A stretch of 63,691 bases of DNA, filler included, from Octopus bimaculoides (Eukaryota), in the NCBI RefSeq assembly GCF_001194135.2. It is 5 parts of 5 records of this genome, joined end to end, with 100 filler letters (N's around TTAATTAATTAA, not from the genome) between each part and the next. Parts side by side here need not be neighbours in the genome. Positions count along the whole stretch, not along the records: positions 1 to 22,534 come from NC_068985.1; positions 22,635 to 29,012 come from NC_069004.1; 3 more parts are not named here. One strand, written 5' to 3'. This document shows positions 11,489 through 24,921 of the stretch, in pieces. The notes below the pieces were generated by a model. That model made no database searches. It was given only the letters and a program-made list of their open reading frames with translations, and was not told where the DNA came from. How positions within the stretch are numbered: position 1 is the first letter of the stretch; every line of letters begins with the position of its first letter. Position numbers and translations under genes: made by a program.

Positions 11489-12689
11489 ATATATGTATGC
11501 ATCTATATATATATATATANNNNNNNNNNNNNNNNNNNNNNNNNNNNNNNNNNNNNNNNNNNNNNNNNNNNNNNNNNNNNNNNNNNNNNNNNNNNNNNNN
11601 NNNNNNNNNNNNNNNNNNNNNNNNNNNNNNNNNNNNNNNNNNNNNNNNNNNNNNNNNNNNNNNNNNNNNNNNNNNNNNNNNNNNNNNNNNNNNNNNNNNN
11701 NNNNNNNNNNNNNNNNNNNNNNNNNNNNNNNNNNNNNNNNNNNNNNNNNNNNNNNNNNNNNNNNNNNNNNNNNNNNNNNNNNNNNNNNNNNNNNNNNNNN
11801 NNNNNNNNNNNNNNNNNNNNNNNNNNNNNNNNNNNNNNNNNNNNNNNNNNNNNNNNNNNNNNNNNNNNNNNNNNNNNNNNNNNNNNNNNNNNNNNNNNNN
11901 NNNNNNNNNNNNNNNNNNNNNNNNNNNNNNNNNNNNNNNNNNNNNNNNNNNNNNNNNNNNNNNNNNNNNNNNNNNNNNNNNNNNNNNNNNNNNNNNNNNN
12001 NNNNNNNNNNNNNNNNNNNNNNNNNNNNNNNNNNNNNNNNNNNNNNNNNNNNNNNNNNNNNNNNNNNNNNNNNNNNNNNNNNNNNNNNNNNNNNNNNNNN
12101 NNNNNNNNNNNNNNNNNNNNNNNNNNNNNNNNNNNNNNNNNNNNNNNNNNNNNNNNNNNNNNNNNNNNNNNNNNNNNNNNNNNNNNNNNNNNNNNNNNNN
12201 NNNNNNNNNNNNNNNNNNNNNNNNNNNNNNNNNNNNNNNNNNNNNNNNNNNNNNNNNNNNNNNNNNNNNNNNNNNNNNNNNNNNNNNNNNNNNNNNNNNN
12301 NNNNNNNNNNNNNNNNNNNNNNNNNNNNNNNNNNNNNNNNNNNNNNNNNNNNNNNNNNNNNNNNNNNNNNNNNNNNNNNNNNNNNNNNNNNNNNNNNNNN
12401 NNNNNNNNNNNNNNNNNNNNNNNNNNNNNNNNNNNNNNNNNNNNNNNNNNNNNNNNNNNNNNNNNNNNNNNNNNNNNNNNNNNNNNNNNNNNNNNNNNNN
12501 NNNNNNNNNNNNNNNNNNCGCAAGTGAAATTGCAGATATACCCATCTCACATGATTTCGAACTCTGAGATATTTCCCATTGGGTCTTACTGCCTGGGGCT
12601 AAATGGTTACCCGCCACGTACAAGCTTGTTAAAACCGTTAAAGGCTAGCGCCAAATTAAAATGGTAGTAGCTTATAATTATAAATAATG

Positions 12690-13015
12690 ATATTATTATT
12701 AATAAATAATAATAATAATAATATAGGTGGCTAGTTAGCAAAGAGAAAACCCCAAAAGGCAAATTTCTAAACAAGTGCACTAGCGTTCATTTGCGATTGT
12801 CCCTCTCTTTGGTATGTTGGCTATTTTTCTCGCTCCCACGATTTCATCAGGTCGTTAACTTCTAGTGTTATTGTGGTTAATTGAGTCGCTTTTAACTCTT
12901 ATTTCTAGCAACGCTGGTGCTATCTAACACCCTTGTTTATAAATTTGCCTTTTGTTTTTGTTGCTTTTTTTGCTTAGTAGCCACCTATATTATTTTTATT
13001 TATTAATAATAATAT
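12690..13015. repeat. Inverted repeat with ~90-100 bp arms (possible inverted Penelope pLTR or MITE)
   Basis: AATATAGGTGGCTA..AAAAGGCAAATTT.TAAACAAG versus CTTGTTTATAAATTTGCCTTTT..TAGCCACCTATATT. Confidence 0.8.
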
Positions 13016-13052
13016 TAATAATGATATATATATATATATATATATATGCATA

Positions 13053-13496
13053 CGAGGGTGGGACGAAACGTTTAAAGGCTGACTATGACGGAGTGACGCT
13101 AGAGCTGTAAAATCTTTCGTCCATTAATTAATTCCAGCACTTCCTATTGATAACTGACGCGCTTCTTTCCAGGTAAACTGACATCCGACTGTTCAAAGAA
13201 CATTTCAAAAGTAACTAGTAACGAATTTTCTTGAACAATGGACAACATTTTGTCCCGTGGTGTTATCAAGTACTTGCAGAAAAAGGGTTTAGTCCCCAAA
13301 GACATTCATACTGATATGGTTACTACATTAAGGGATGACGCACCAGCTTAATCAAGAGCGCAAAAGTGGGCAGCCGAAATTAGGAAGCAAAAAGAGATTC
13401 TTGCAGATGACCCAAAGTCTGGACGCCCTGCAACTGCCATTACTGAGGAAAACATTGATCGTGTTCACCATATGGTGATGGGTGACAGGCGACTGT
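13053..13496 (+). mobile_element. Mariner 5' end with N-terminal transposase remnant
   Basis: TA-CGAGGG start; from ATG 13238: MDNILSRGVIKYLQKKG..KDIH..APA*SRAQKWAAE..DDPKSGRPATAITEENIDRVHHMVMGDRRL. Confidence 0.9.
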
Positions 13497-15269
13497 ATCA
13501 CTATCTTTCGCCGGGCCGCTGCTTACACGATCGTAAATAAATTAACAGCGACTGTCAAGTGGCATTGGGGAACACAAACTGAGAGATACACATACGCATA
13601 CAAACACACACACATACATTCATGCATATTTTTCTATGTATATGTCCATGCGTGTAATTCAAAGAGGCTTTTTTCTGAAACCATTTTATTGTTGTTTCCT
13701 CGTATTACGTGTAGCAATAAGTCCATCAATTCAGTATAACTTACACTGAACGTTACTGAAATTATTATGTAATAGATATCAAATATAAGGAGTAATCATA
13801 TCACAAACGTCCACATATTTTAAGCTATTCAGAGCCATATAAAAAGAATTAGCACAAATTTTCGTTTCCACTGAACATTTTGGAAAGACAGCAACGATGT
13901 TCTTCCATGCATAATTAATTTAATATCAGAATCTATAGTTGAAATGCAATTCCTGGTGTAAGCTAATGATGTTTGGAACAAAGATTAGGAAGGTATAACT
14001 ATGGCCATATTCGATTTGTTCTCTCTTAATCAGAGCATTTGTGTGGAATCGGAAATAAATGACTATCACTAACTTTGGTAAAAAGAGCTTACAGAGATGC
14101 ACTAAATTCATTGCATTATTTATTTCGTTCTTCTCTACACTTTAATTTCAACTACAGTCAGATTTGTTTTTGTCTTTATTTCCTTCAGAGTTAATTACAC
14201 AAATACTTCTAATATACCAGTCAACAAAATTGAAGTGTATTGTAATGTTAAAAAATCATACACTTGTTAATTTAGATGAGATCCGTGCAGTATTCTTTTA
14301 CAAACTTTGATATGGATTTGTCTTTGATTTTCCATTGATGCAAATTCACCTCTCTTAACTCCACCAGTGTGTGATTCTCTTCACAAAGATATCAACGTCA
14401 CACAATCCCCCAGCCACCACTACATCCTCCATTAATACCACCGGTATCATGTCTATTACAGTGTGCTATGTAGTAAGAAATCGATATCCGTTATCTAGTA
14501 AAAGCAGCAGAGATATTTGAACCGGTTGAAGGCTGGATTAAAACTATTGCAGTGTTCGGTTTTTACTCCATCGCTAAATCTGATGAAATTAAACACAATA
14601 AACAACTCAATCATGTGACACATCTTCTCACCTTTCTATTATGATTATGACCTTATACTTAATATGAAAATTAATAAGCCACTAGAGATATGAGTCATCA
14701 AAAACAAGGAAGTACAGAACTAAGTGCCTTACGCATTTTAGCTCACATTCTGCCAGGTTATGATTTGCTGAAAGAAGAAAAAAAAAGAAACATTGTTTCT
14801 AAATCTAAGACATAAATCAATATCGTTTGATCAGTTTGATCAGTAAGTTAGATCCGGATTAGTCATAAAGACGCTGATTGGTCCACAGTAGTGCATTATA
14901 TTCTTTAGTAATTAACTTTGAATGTTTTGCTTTATTGTGCATTTAATAAAATAATAGCAAGTACTATAAGACAAAAAACTAACCCCAAATACGAATACTG
15001 ACCCTTAACTCTAGTAAAAATGATTGGATAAACTAAATATTATATTTTATAATTCAACAGACGACGAAATCAATGGTGTTACATTGAAATATAAAAATAT
15101 TTAATGTTATTGCAAGTGTGCGCTGCCTGCATGATATCAACCAATAATAGATCTAAGTATTTATAATTATCCCCTTTGCTTCACAAAGTTTGGCAATTAT
15201 TAATCAACTTAAGTTTTTGGGTCATGCCAATTTGCTCCGAACACGTTGAATAAATTGCATTACTGTTAC

Positions 15270-15464
<195 letters not shown>

Positions 15465-15884
15465 CACAGCCTACTAATAGTACTATTACTATTCCTAATA
15501 TTGGCAAAGTATTTTTACATGGCCGGTAATGTTTCTCTCATACGTTGCCAAATGTGAACTGCAGTTATTATAGAATCGATTAACGATGCAGAAGAATAAC
15601 AAATATTATTAAATTATACACCATAAACTAAATTGATTTTAACCCACTCTACGCACAGACGTAATAAGTAGATGTTCTGGCAGGCTGGATTTTAGAAAAT
15701 TCCTTCATTTTTATAATACTTCATTTTATTTTGTTTTATTTTATTTATATCAAAACCATTCATTTTCAAATGATACATTTATTTTATTTTGTAAGAGAAA
15801 CTCACAAACTTTTAAAATGTTTTAGGCTTTAAAATAATATTTCCAAGGTAGAACAGCCGTTCCACATAGTGTTCTTAAAATATT

Positions 15885-16260
15885 TTTTCTCTTTATTAGC
15901 TCTAAGGGCCGCACACAACATTTAGAGCACGACTAAGACAAAGGATAGAAGGATTTACATATAAATATTAACGTGTAAATAATAACAATAACAACACGAG
16001 CATTTTAACAACAAAATATCCCGATAGAAAGACAAGCCACTCAGAGGTAACCAAAGAACCCACAGATCCTGGGTCATTCCCACTGCTAAGGGTGCCATCG
16101 AGGGCGTCTCTCTCCCATCTGTTCTCTTCTACAATTGCCAGCTTACAGTAGGCTCACTCACTCGGGCCAAGTATCCTCAAAGTAGCATTTATTAGAAGGA
16201 ACTAACTTTGGACTCAGGTGGAGCAGCTACACATTTGCTATAGTTTATTTCACGAGTCAT
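15885..16260 (-). mobile_element. Probable degenerate L1/Tx1-type 3' end
   Basis: The minus strand ends ..cctttgtc..gcccttagagctAATAAAGAGAAA, resembling the Tx1 end at 7430-7477. Confidence 0.35.
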
Positions 16261-18056
16261 TAGTCCGAATCATTTGTGTTTATGGCTGGGTACTATAATG
16301 ATACGTTATTTGATTATTTGATAATGCATCAGGATTAATCTTGGTGCTATTCAGGTTCATCCTTTTAAGTTTTGAGTTCAAAGTCCAATCCAGCTTTCAT
16401 CATCCCGAAGTCGATAAAATAACTAGCACTCAATCAAGTACTGTATGTCTATCTAATCGTTACTCTAATTTCAGATCCATGTCAGGTCAATTACAACAAA
16501 AAATAAGTATCAAAGGAGAGGCATGAACACCACAACTTTCACTACTCACAAACCCCAAAAGAGTTACTGGGTAAGACAAGAGATAGTCGCAAGCATGGCA
16601 GTGAGGTTAAATACCTCGCATTGTGGTGTCATGGTTTCAGCTTCAGGCCTACTGTACGATATTTTTAGTGTCTTCTATTATAACTTAAAATTGATGAGAC
16701 CGATATGAGCAAAATTTGGTTAACGGAAACGGTCTTAAATTCTGTAAGAGATTCCTTTCCTATTCACATTCAGCAGAGTCGACTCTGTTCGAAACATGAA
16801 ACTGAGGCGGCCCAGTTTATGATAATACACTTGATACCACTGAGATAGCAGGAAGGTTATGATAACTTCTTCAAAAAAGCAGTAAAACAAATGCCACCTC
16901 TCAATATTCCACTTCAGCTTTCTAGTAGAATTAAATATGCACCAGTCCCTAAAACAATTGTAAAACAGTAATATAAATTTTGTGGAGATGCTATGATCGA
17001 TACAGGGTAAGACAATCATTCAAAGTTTACTCTTTGACCTATTTATGATTCGCAGTTAACCCAGATTCACTTCTTTCGCGTCCCATATGACTGTAAAGGA
17101 AGAGTTAAGCATCCACTTCAGAGATTTCTTTTTATTTTATTATCAGTTTCAATCACTGATCGTTTGTAGCGATCATAACAGATATCGCTTTTACACTTGC
17201 TATCTGCTAGCAAGGGAGTGTCTATTTTGTGCAAAACAAACAAATATCCCAAAGGAACTCCTTTATAATGCACCGGTTTCCCGGTTTTCACGCCTACGTA
17301 TGTTATTTTCACAGCATGCGACTGCATAAACGCAACCGCATATATGTTGATGAAAAATAGCATAAACTTGGCCAAAAAAAAAANNNNNNNNNNNNNNNNN
17401 NNNNNNNNNNNNNNNNNNNNNNNNNNNNNNNNNNNNNNNNNNNNNNNNNNNNNNNNNNNNNNNNNNNNNNNNNNNNNNNNNNNNNNNNNNNNNNNNNNNN
17501 NNNNNNNNNNNNNNNNNNNNNNNNNNNNNNNNNNNNNNNNNNNNNNNNNNNNNNNNNNNNNNNNNNNNNNNNNNNNNNNNNNNNNNNNNNNNNNNNNNNN
17601 NNNNNNNNNNNNNNNNNNNNNNNNNNNNNNNNNNNNNNNNNNNNNNNNNNNNNNNNNNNNNNNNNNNNNNNNNNNNNNNNNNNNNNNNNNNNNNNNNNNN
17701 NNNNNNNNNNNNNNNNNNNNNNNNNNNNNNNNNNNNNNNNNNNNNNNNNNNNNNNNNNNNNNNNNNNNNNNNNNNNNNNNNNNNNNNNNNNNNNNNNNNN
17801 NNNNNNNNNNNNNNNNNNNNNNNNNNNNNNNNNNNNNNNNNNNNNNNNNNNNNNNNNNNNNNNNNNNNNNNNNNNNNNNNNNNNNNNNNNNNNNNNNNNN
17901 NNNNNNNNNNNNNNNNNNNNNNNNNNNNNNNNNNNNNNNNNNNNNNNNNNNNNNNNNNNNNNNNNNNNNNNNNNNNNNNNNNNNNNNNNNNNNNNNNNNN
18001 NNNNNNNNNNNNNNNNNNNNNNNNNNNNNNNNNNNNNNNNNNNNNNNNNNNNNNNN

Positions 18057-18109
<53 letters not shown>

Positions 18110-18234
18110 TGTGTATACACAAAGTTTATCGCAAAAGTAGTGCAAAAGCGAGCGAAACATTTATTTTATCAACTGATAATAGCTTGTTCAGATCGTTCAT
18201 ATTGGTCGAATAATCTTCCTCTATACAGTGATAC

Positions 18235-19215
18235 TTAATCAACATATTCTCCCACGCAACTGATGTATTTAGCCATCGTTGAATCCAAACCTCAATCTAA
18301 TTCAAAAAATTCAGGCGTGCACTGTGGAATGAACTTCTTATCAGCCACTTTTATCTCGTCGTTTCTTTGAACCGTTGTTCTCAAAGACCAGTTGCATTGG
18401 ACCAATCAGGCTAAAGGCGTGGATGGGTGGTTTACACTGTGGGTGTTAACCGCTCACTAGTCCAATTTACCGGTTGCTTGATTTGTTGCGAAATTCATCT
18501 CTGGTCACCATTTTGACTGTGAATGTGAATCGTTTTCAGATTTTTGATTGGTCCCTTCCTTCTAATTACTTATCTACTTTATTTATGTGTATCAATGTAC
18601 CGCCTGGTTTTTCATCGTGCGGTCACGTTCAAGAACACCAAGGAAAATCCCGCCTTTGTAACTCGAAGGAAGCCACTATGATTTACTGTGCTGATTTCTG
18701 GCTATAGAAATTCTTACACCTTGGAGAAGAAATTTGATTCCATGCCATGGACTAAGCCTGCGTTTCTGGATCGTTCCCAAAGATAGACCAATTCCCTTGT
18801 AATCAGAATTAAAAAAAAAAAAACATATCTGCAATGGCTTGAAGTGTTCTCACTAAATCAGAGCAGGCTCCCACCATTCTGTTCAAAATGTGTGTCAAAT
18901 GCCGAGTAACCCATTTTGAATACACTCTCCGATTCCTAAACTTTTCCACCATCTTCTGTAATACATTGGGACCACAATCAAGTTATCTAACAAACGCACG
19001 TATTTTGAAATGTTTGACATCACCAATCGCGTCCTCCCCTCGATGACTATTCGTGTCGTGGTTTATCTTCGATGCTGATTTGTCCTTTTTTAAATGCTTT
19101 TCATCCACCTTTTCAATGTTACAACCTATAATCATTTATAAATAAAAGATAGCTTTCACATACTCTTCAGCAATAACTTAATTACCGCGCTCATTACTTC
19201 TTTTTGTAAAAACAA
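18235..19215 (-). mobile_element. Heavily degenerate, near full-length mariner transposase
   Basis: Across frames: SAVIKLL; RWMKS; FKKGQISIEDKPR; RVYSKWVTRHLT (WVPxxL-like); DPETQA*SMAW..SPRCKNF; GIFLGVLERDRT; HP..PD; KYISCVGEYVD*. Confidence 0.8.
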
Positions 19216-19394
19216 AAGTTACCTACACAGGATTATGTTACGAAGAAAGGTTCAATACAGGACGAGGTACTCTACAAACGTGAGCAATGGATAAAAAGCA
19301 CGGACTATAGCATTTATATGTGTGCATGCACACGAATATGCATATATGTAAACATTCTTACACGCACACACATACATTATACCTACATACGTAC

Positions 19395-19444
<50 letters not shown>

Positions 19445-19539
19445 ATATATATGTTTATATACAAATGTGTCTGTGTGTGTGTGTGTGCATGTATATATGG
19501 TTGTGTGTGAGTGTATGTATTTTTGTGTGCGTTAGTATG

Positions 19540-19774
19540 TGTGGATGTGTGTGTATTTGTATGTGTCTTTTTATTTGTGTTTGTCCGCCACTACACTTGA
19601 CAATCGGTATTGGTGTGCTTATATACTCGTAACTAGCGGTTAGCAAAACAATCCGAAAGAATAAGTATAAAGCATAAAAAAAGAAGTTCTGGCATCGATT
19701 TATTCGACTAAAATTTCTTCAGGGCGCTGGCTCAAATTGTTCGCAATTTAATGACTGAAACATGTAAAAGAATA
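19540..19774 (+). mobile_element. Family-A SINE 3' half
   Basis: cttgacaatcggtattggtgtg..cgactaaa..aatgactgaaacatgtaaaagaa. Confidence 0.7.
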
Positions 19775-19863
19775 TAGCGTAGTGGTTAAGAGCGCGGGCT
19801 ACTAACCCCAAGATTCCGAGTTCTATTCCAAGCAGTGACCTGAATGATAATAATAATAATAAC

Positions 19864-19913
<50 letters not shown>

Positions 19914-20102
19914 CAACAACAACGAAAAATAGCTGAGGAATGAGAACCCAGGTTCGAAATTTCCCCCAAGACACCTGATGCAGGCTGGAGGGTATATCAG
20001 TCAAAAATTGTGTTAACAACAAACAAGATGAGGACAAATATTCGTCAAATGTAAGTAAAGTAAATAATGTACATAATTCCTCATCTCTTGAATATAGAAC
20101 TG
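19775..20102 (+). mobile_element. Family-D element: tRNA-like head + (AAT)n + Penelope-type tail with degenerate hammerhead
   Basis: A box TAGCGTAGTGG 19775-85; B box GAGTTCTATTCC 19818-29; tail GACAC-CTGATGC-A-GGCTG..CAGTC-AAAA-ATT-GTGTT at 19970-20014. Confidence 0.65.
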
Positions 20103-20274
20103 ATTATGTATTTGTGTCTGTGAAGTGATTTGTCACTTGAACGATAATTTCATGANNNNNNNNNNATATATCTATCTATCTATCTATCTTTCTCTCTATA
20201 TATATATGTATTTATATATATATACAACTATACATATCTATATATACAAATGCATACATACATACATACATACA

Positions 20275-20307
<33 letters not shown>

Positions 20308-20971
20308 GTATGTGTGTGATGAGCAATAAAAATCTCAAGAATTCAATGGTGTACACCGAAACTCGTTCAACAAAACTCAACTCACTGAAAGAAGCTCAAC
20401 GAATATATATTATTCAGGGCTATTTAACCTAAAGAAATGCAAGAGAAGCAACTGGTTATGATACACCACTGAAGCAAAAAATATAAAATATATACTATGT
20501 CTCTGCCGTGGGAAAAAATTTGATTCCATCATCATTTATTTCACCAGAGCCTGTCGTAAAGGCTATTTTCCTAATGGCCAGTAATCCTATCGTGGTGTTC
20601 GATATAAAAACAACCAGGCCGAAAAAACGTTCTAAAAAGTGAGTGTCAGCCGCGATATAAAGAGATTATCACTGCAGGGAATCCTATTTAAACGTTTACC
20701 ATGGAATTTTATTCTTTGAAATATTATCTTAGTATGATTTTCTTATTGATACCACTGTGCAGTTTATAAATCTGTTTATATCTTCATGCTATCTATTCAA
20801 GTTTCATTTTGAAAACTGAAATAGTACGACAAAAATACATTTATAAAATTGCTTACATGAGATTAAAGGAAATATATTTAACTCTATTTCTTGAAGTAGT
20901 CAACCTTTCATTGAATTGAGTGTATGAGCGATTTGCTACGATAAGTTGGTAGTTGTTACTATACTTCCCCA

Positions 20972-21035
<64 letters not shown>

Positions 21036-21403
21036 NNNNNNNNNNNNNNNNNNNNNNNNNNNNNNNNNNNNNNNNNNNNNNNNNNNNNNNNNNNNNNNNN
21101 NNNNNNNNNNNNNNNNNNNNNNNNNNNNNNNNNNNNNNNNNNNNNNNNNNNNNNNNNNNNNNNNNNNNNNNNNNNNNNNNNNNNNNNNNNNNNNNNNNNN
21201 NNNNNNNNNNNNNNNNNNNNNNNNNNNNNNNNNNNNNNNNNNNNNNNNNNNNNNNNNNNNNNNNNNNNNNNNNNNNNNNNNNNNNNNNNNNNNNNNNNNN
21301 NNNNNNNNNNNNNNNNNNNNNNNNNNNNNNNNNNNNNNNNNNNNNNNNNNNNNNNNNNNNNNNNNNNNNNNNNNNNNNNNNNNNNNNNNNNNNNNNNNNN
21401 NNN

Positions 21404-21452
<49 letters not shown>

Positions 21453-22114
21453 CGTGTGTGTGTTTATGTGTGTGTGTGTGCGCGCGCGCGTGTCTGCGTG
21501 TGACAGATTCCATTTCTTTCATTTATGGCGATATTTTTCTTATTTCATTTCATGGCTGTGAAGAGTCTGATGAAAAGGATCCAAAGGATGTTAGAATACA
21601 TTATCATAAAATATACAACTATTACCTGGCTCATGTTTTCAGAACAAGTAATGGAATAGATTAGAAGATATGAGAAAGCAGGTAAACTCGTGTTATATAT
21701 TGTGGAGATTTCCCAGGAGCAACGTCCACTGAAGGCTCCTGCCAAGGGGCATCTAGCCTATGAAATTTACGAATGCATTAAGTTAAGTGAAATTTAATAT
21801 TGAAGTCGTTGGGAAGCCATGTAGAGCCATTGATCATGGTTACATAAGGACATGCTCTTCAAATAGATCACTTGTGCAAATAACTTTAGAGTGATAAGCA
21901 AAATGAATCCGAAGACAAATTTTATGACTAGAAATTCAGTTTACCGTATGAGATGCATTTAAGGTAAAGGCAGGTGCACCACCACCACTTATACCAGGAA
22001 ACGACCCGTAGCACAACAGGAAGGGTAATAGAAAAATGGAGTGAGAATAAAGGATAAACCGGCATTGGTATTCTACATGAAAGTGAGAAGCACGATGACT
22101 TAGTAAAGAATATT

Positions 22115-22312
22115 GATTTCAAATTTTGGCACAAGACAAGCAAGTTCGGGCGAGTGGGTAAGTCGATCACATCGATCCTACTTCTTAGCTGGTACTTATT
22201 TTCTCGATCCAGAGAGGAAGAAAAGCAAGCTCGAACTCAGAGGAATTTGAACTCAGAACGTAAAGACGGACGAAATGCGCTAAGTATTTTGCTCGACGTG
22301 CGCAGATTGTTG
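22115..22312 (-). mobile_element. Degenerate family-B SINE
   Basis: Reverse complement of the 35399-35620 type (ggaatttgaactcagaacgtaaagacggacgaaatgc). Confidence 0.75.
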
Positions 22313-22900
22313 TTGCATTAAGACAATAGAGGCAATGTTTAGAATGGAGTATGAATCAAACAGAAAATATGGAAGTACTAACATCCCATCACGTGATGAT
22401 TTTAAACATAAATGCACAATGCAACCTTACAGCTTAATGTGTGTGTATGTGTCAGTGTATATACGTGTGTTTAATTATATATGTATATCTGTGAGAATGT
22501 GCATGTGAATGCTTATATATATATATATACATATNNNNNNNNNNNNNNNNNNNNNNNNNNNNNNNNNNNNNNNNNNNNTTAATTAATTAANNNNNNNNNN
22601 NNNNNNNNNNNNNNNNNNNNNNNNNNNNNNNNNNATATATATGTATGTATGTATGTATGTATGCGTTTACGAAGTGATTTCCTTTGTTAAGCGATGAAAC
22701 AAAGCGACAAGAAAATTTATCTTCTCACCGAAACATGGTTACTGGGAATTAAACCCCCTACCACATGCACACATACACACACATGTATATACACAGCACA
22801 TATATATATATATATTATAGGTATATACATATTTATATATTATAGGTATATACATATTTATATATATACACACGTTTCTATACATACATTTTTATGCATG

Positions 22901-22945
<45 letters not shown>

Positions 22946-22957
22946 NNNNNNNNNNNN

Positions 22958-23015
<58 letters not shown>

Positions 23016-23250
23016 AGCGCAGATACTAATACAGAATGCTATGAATTTAAATCTAAGACGAATAGAAGAATCGAGAAAGAACAGCGAAAAATCAAATTTA
23101 TTTCCTGCTTAAAACAAATTCATCTCAGTTGGGAATCCGATATTTTGTGTGTATGTTGAACATATTGGTGCAGTTATTTATATATGTACACTCACCTAGA
23201 CACAAAAACATAAAGACAGAGAAACGTATACATGTATAAATACTTACGTT

Positions 23251-23412
23251 TTTATATATGTATATATGTGTATATATGTACACGCACTTATGATTTAAGA
23301 CGTGTGCGTATACATATATATACATTTATATATGTATATATGTGTATATATGTACACGCACTTATGATTTAAGACGTGTGCGTATACATATATATACATT
23401 TATATATGTATG
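23251..23412. repeat. 74-bp tandem duplication (just over 2 units) next to a gap
   Basis: CACGCACTTATGATTTAAGACGTGTGCG at 23281 and 23355. Confidence 0.9.
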
Positions 23413-24144
23413 TATATATATGTATATGTATATAAATATATGCNNNNNNNNNNNNNNNNNNNNNNNNNNNNNNNNNNNNNNNNNNNNNNNNNNNNNNNNN
23501 NNNNNNNNNNNNNNNNNNNNNNNNNNNNNNNNNNNNNNNNNNNNNNNNNNNNNNNNNNNNNNNNNNNNNNNNNNNNNNNNNNNNNNNNNNNNNNNNNNNN
23601 NNNNNNNNNNNNNNNNNNNNNNNNNNNNNNNNNNNNNNNNNNNNNNNNNNNNNNNNNNNNNNNNNNNNNNNNNNNNNNNNNNNNNNNNNNNNNNNNNNNN
23701 NNNNNNNNNNNNNNNNNNNNNNNNNNNNNNNNNNNNNNNNNNNNNNNNNNNNNNNNNNNNNNNNNNNNNNNNNNNNNNNNNNNNNNNNNNNNNNNNNNNN
23801 NNNNNNNNNNNNNNNNNNNNNNNNNNNNNNNNNNNNNNNNNNNNNNNNNNNNNNNNNNNNNNNNNNNNNNNNNNNNNNNNNNNNNNNNNNNNNNNNNNNN
23901 NNNNNNNNNNNNNNNNNNNNNNNNNNNNNNNNNNNNNNNNNNNNNNNNNNNNNNNNNNNNNNNNNNNNNNNNNNNNNNNNNNNNNNNNNNNNNNNNNNNN
24001 NNNNNNNNNNNNNNNNNNNNNNNNNNNNNNNNNNNNNNNNNNNNNNNNNNNNNNNNNNTATATATATATATATATATATGTGTGTGTACATATATATGTA
24101 CATTCCCTACAGTAAACGCATGCACATTATGGATGCAACTGACT

Positions 24145-24365
24145 CATAACAGATGTACATAACAGAAATACAAGTAGTATACAACAGTTATACATCAGAT
24201 TACAACTAATATACATCAGATGTAGAACAGATATCGAAGCGATATAGACCAAATACATAACAGATATGAGTGAAGTATACAGCAAATATACAACAGATAT
24301 AAAACAGATGTACAACAGGTAGACGACAGATGTACAACATACAACAGATATATAACAGATGTATA
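24145..24365. repeat. Degenerate ~11-bp minisatellite (ACAGATRTACA-like)
   Basis: ACAGAT(G/A)TA(C/T)A recurs at about 11-bp spacing. Confidence 0.75.
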
Positions 24366-24370
24366 GCATA

Positions 24371-24551
24371 AGGCGCAGACGTTGCTGTGTGGTAAGAAGT
24401 TTGCTTGTCAACCGCATGGCTTCAGGTTCAGTGCGTGTGGCCTTGAGCCAGCGTCTTTTGTTCTACTATAACCACAGGTTGACTAAACACTTCCGAGTGA
24501 AAGAAGCTTGTCGTATGTATACGTGTATGTGTGTGTCCGTGTGTGTGCGTG

Positions 24552-24586
<35 letters not shown>

Positions 24587-24870
24587 ATGTATGTGTGTGT
24601 GTGTGTGTATATGTATATATATATATATATATCTACACACATATCTCTTTTACTCTTTTACTTGTCTCAGTCATGTGACTGCGGCCATGCTGGAGCACCG
24701 CCTTTAGTCGAGCAAATCGACCCCCAGGACTTATTCTTTGTAAGCCTAGTACTTATTCTATCGGTCTCTTTTGCCGAACCGCTAAATTACGGGGACGTAA
24801 ACACACCAGCATCTGTTGTCAAGCGATGTTGGGGGGACAAACACAGACACACATATATACACATACACAC

Positions 24871-24921
<51 letters not shown>

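Noticed and set aside
18396-18654. Apparent promoter with inverted CCAAT boxes and GC boxes
   Set aside because: These words fall inside the minus-strand mariner transposase remnant (HPxxSPD-like region).
19775-19845. Genuine tRNA gene (likewise the other SINE heads)
   Set aside because: No acceptor-stem closure and a mismatched B box; continues into repeat body.
22579-22590. TTAATTAATTAA islands inside N runs (also 29057-29068, 40425-40436, 56372-56383)
   Set aside because: Identical palindromic 12-mer with stops in all six frames, always embedded in Ns. It is an assembly join marker, not biology.
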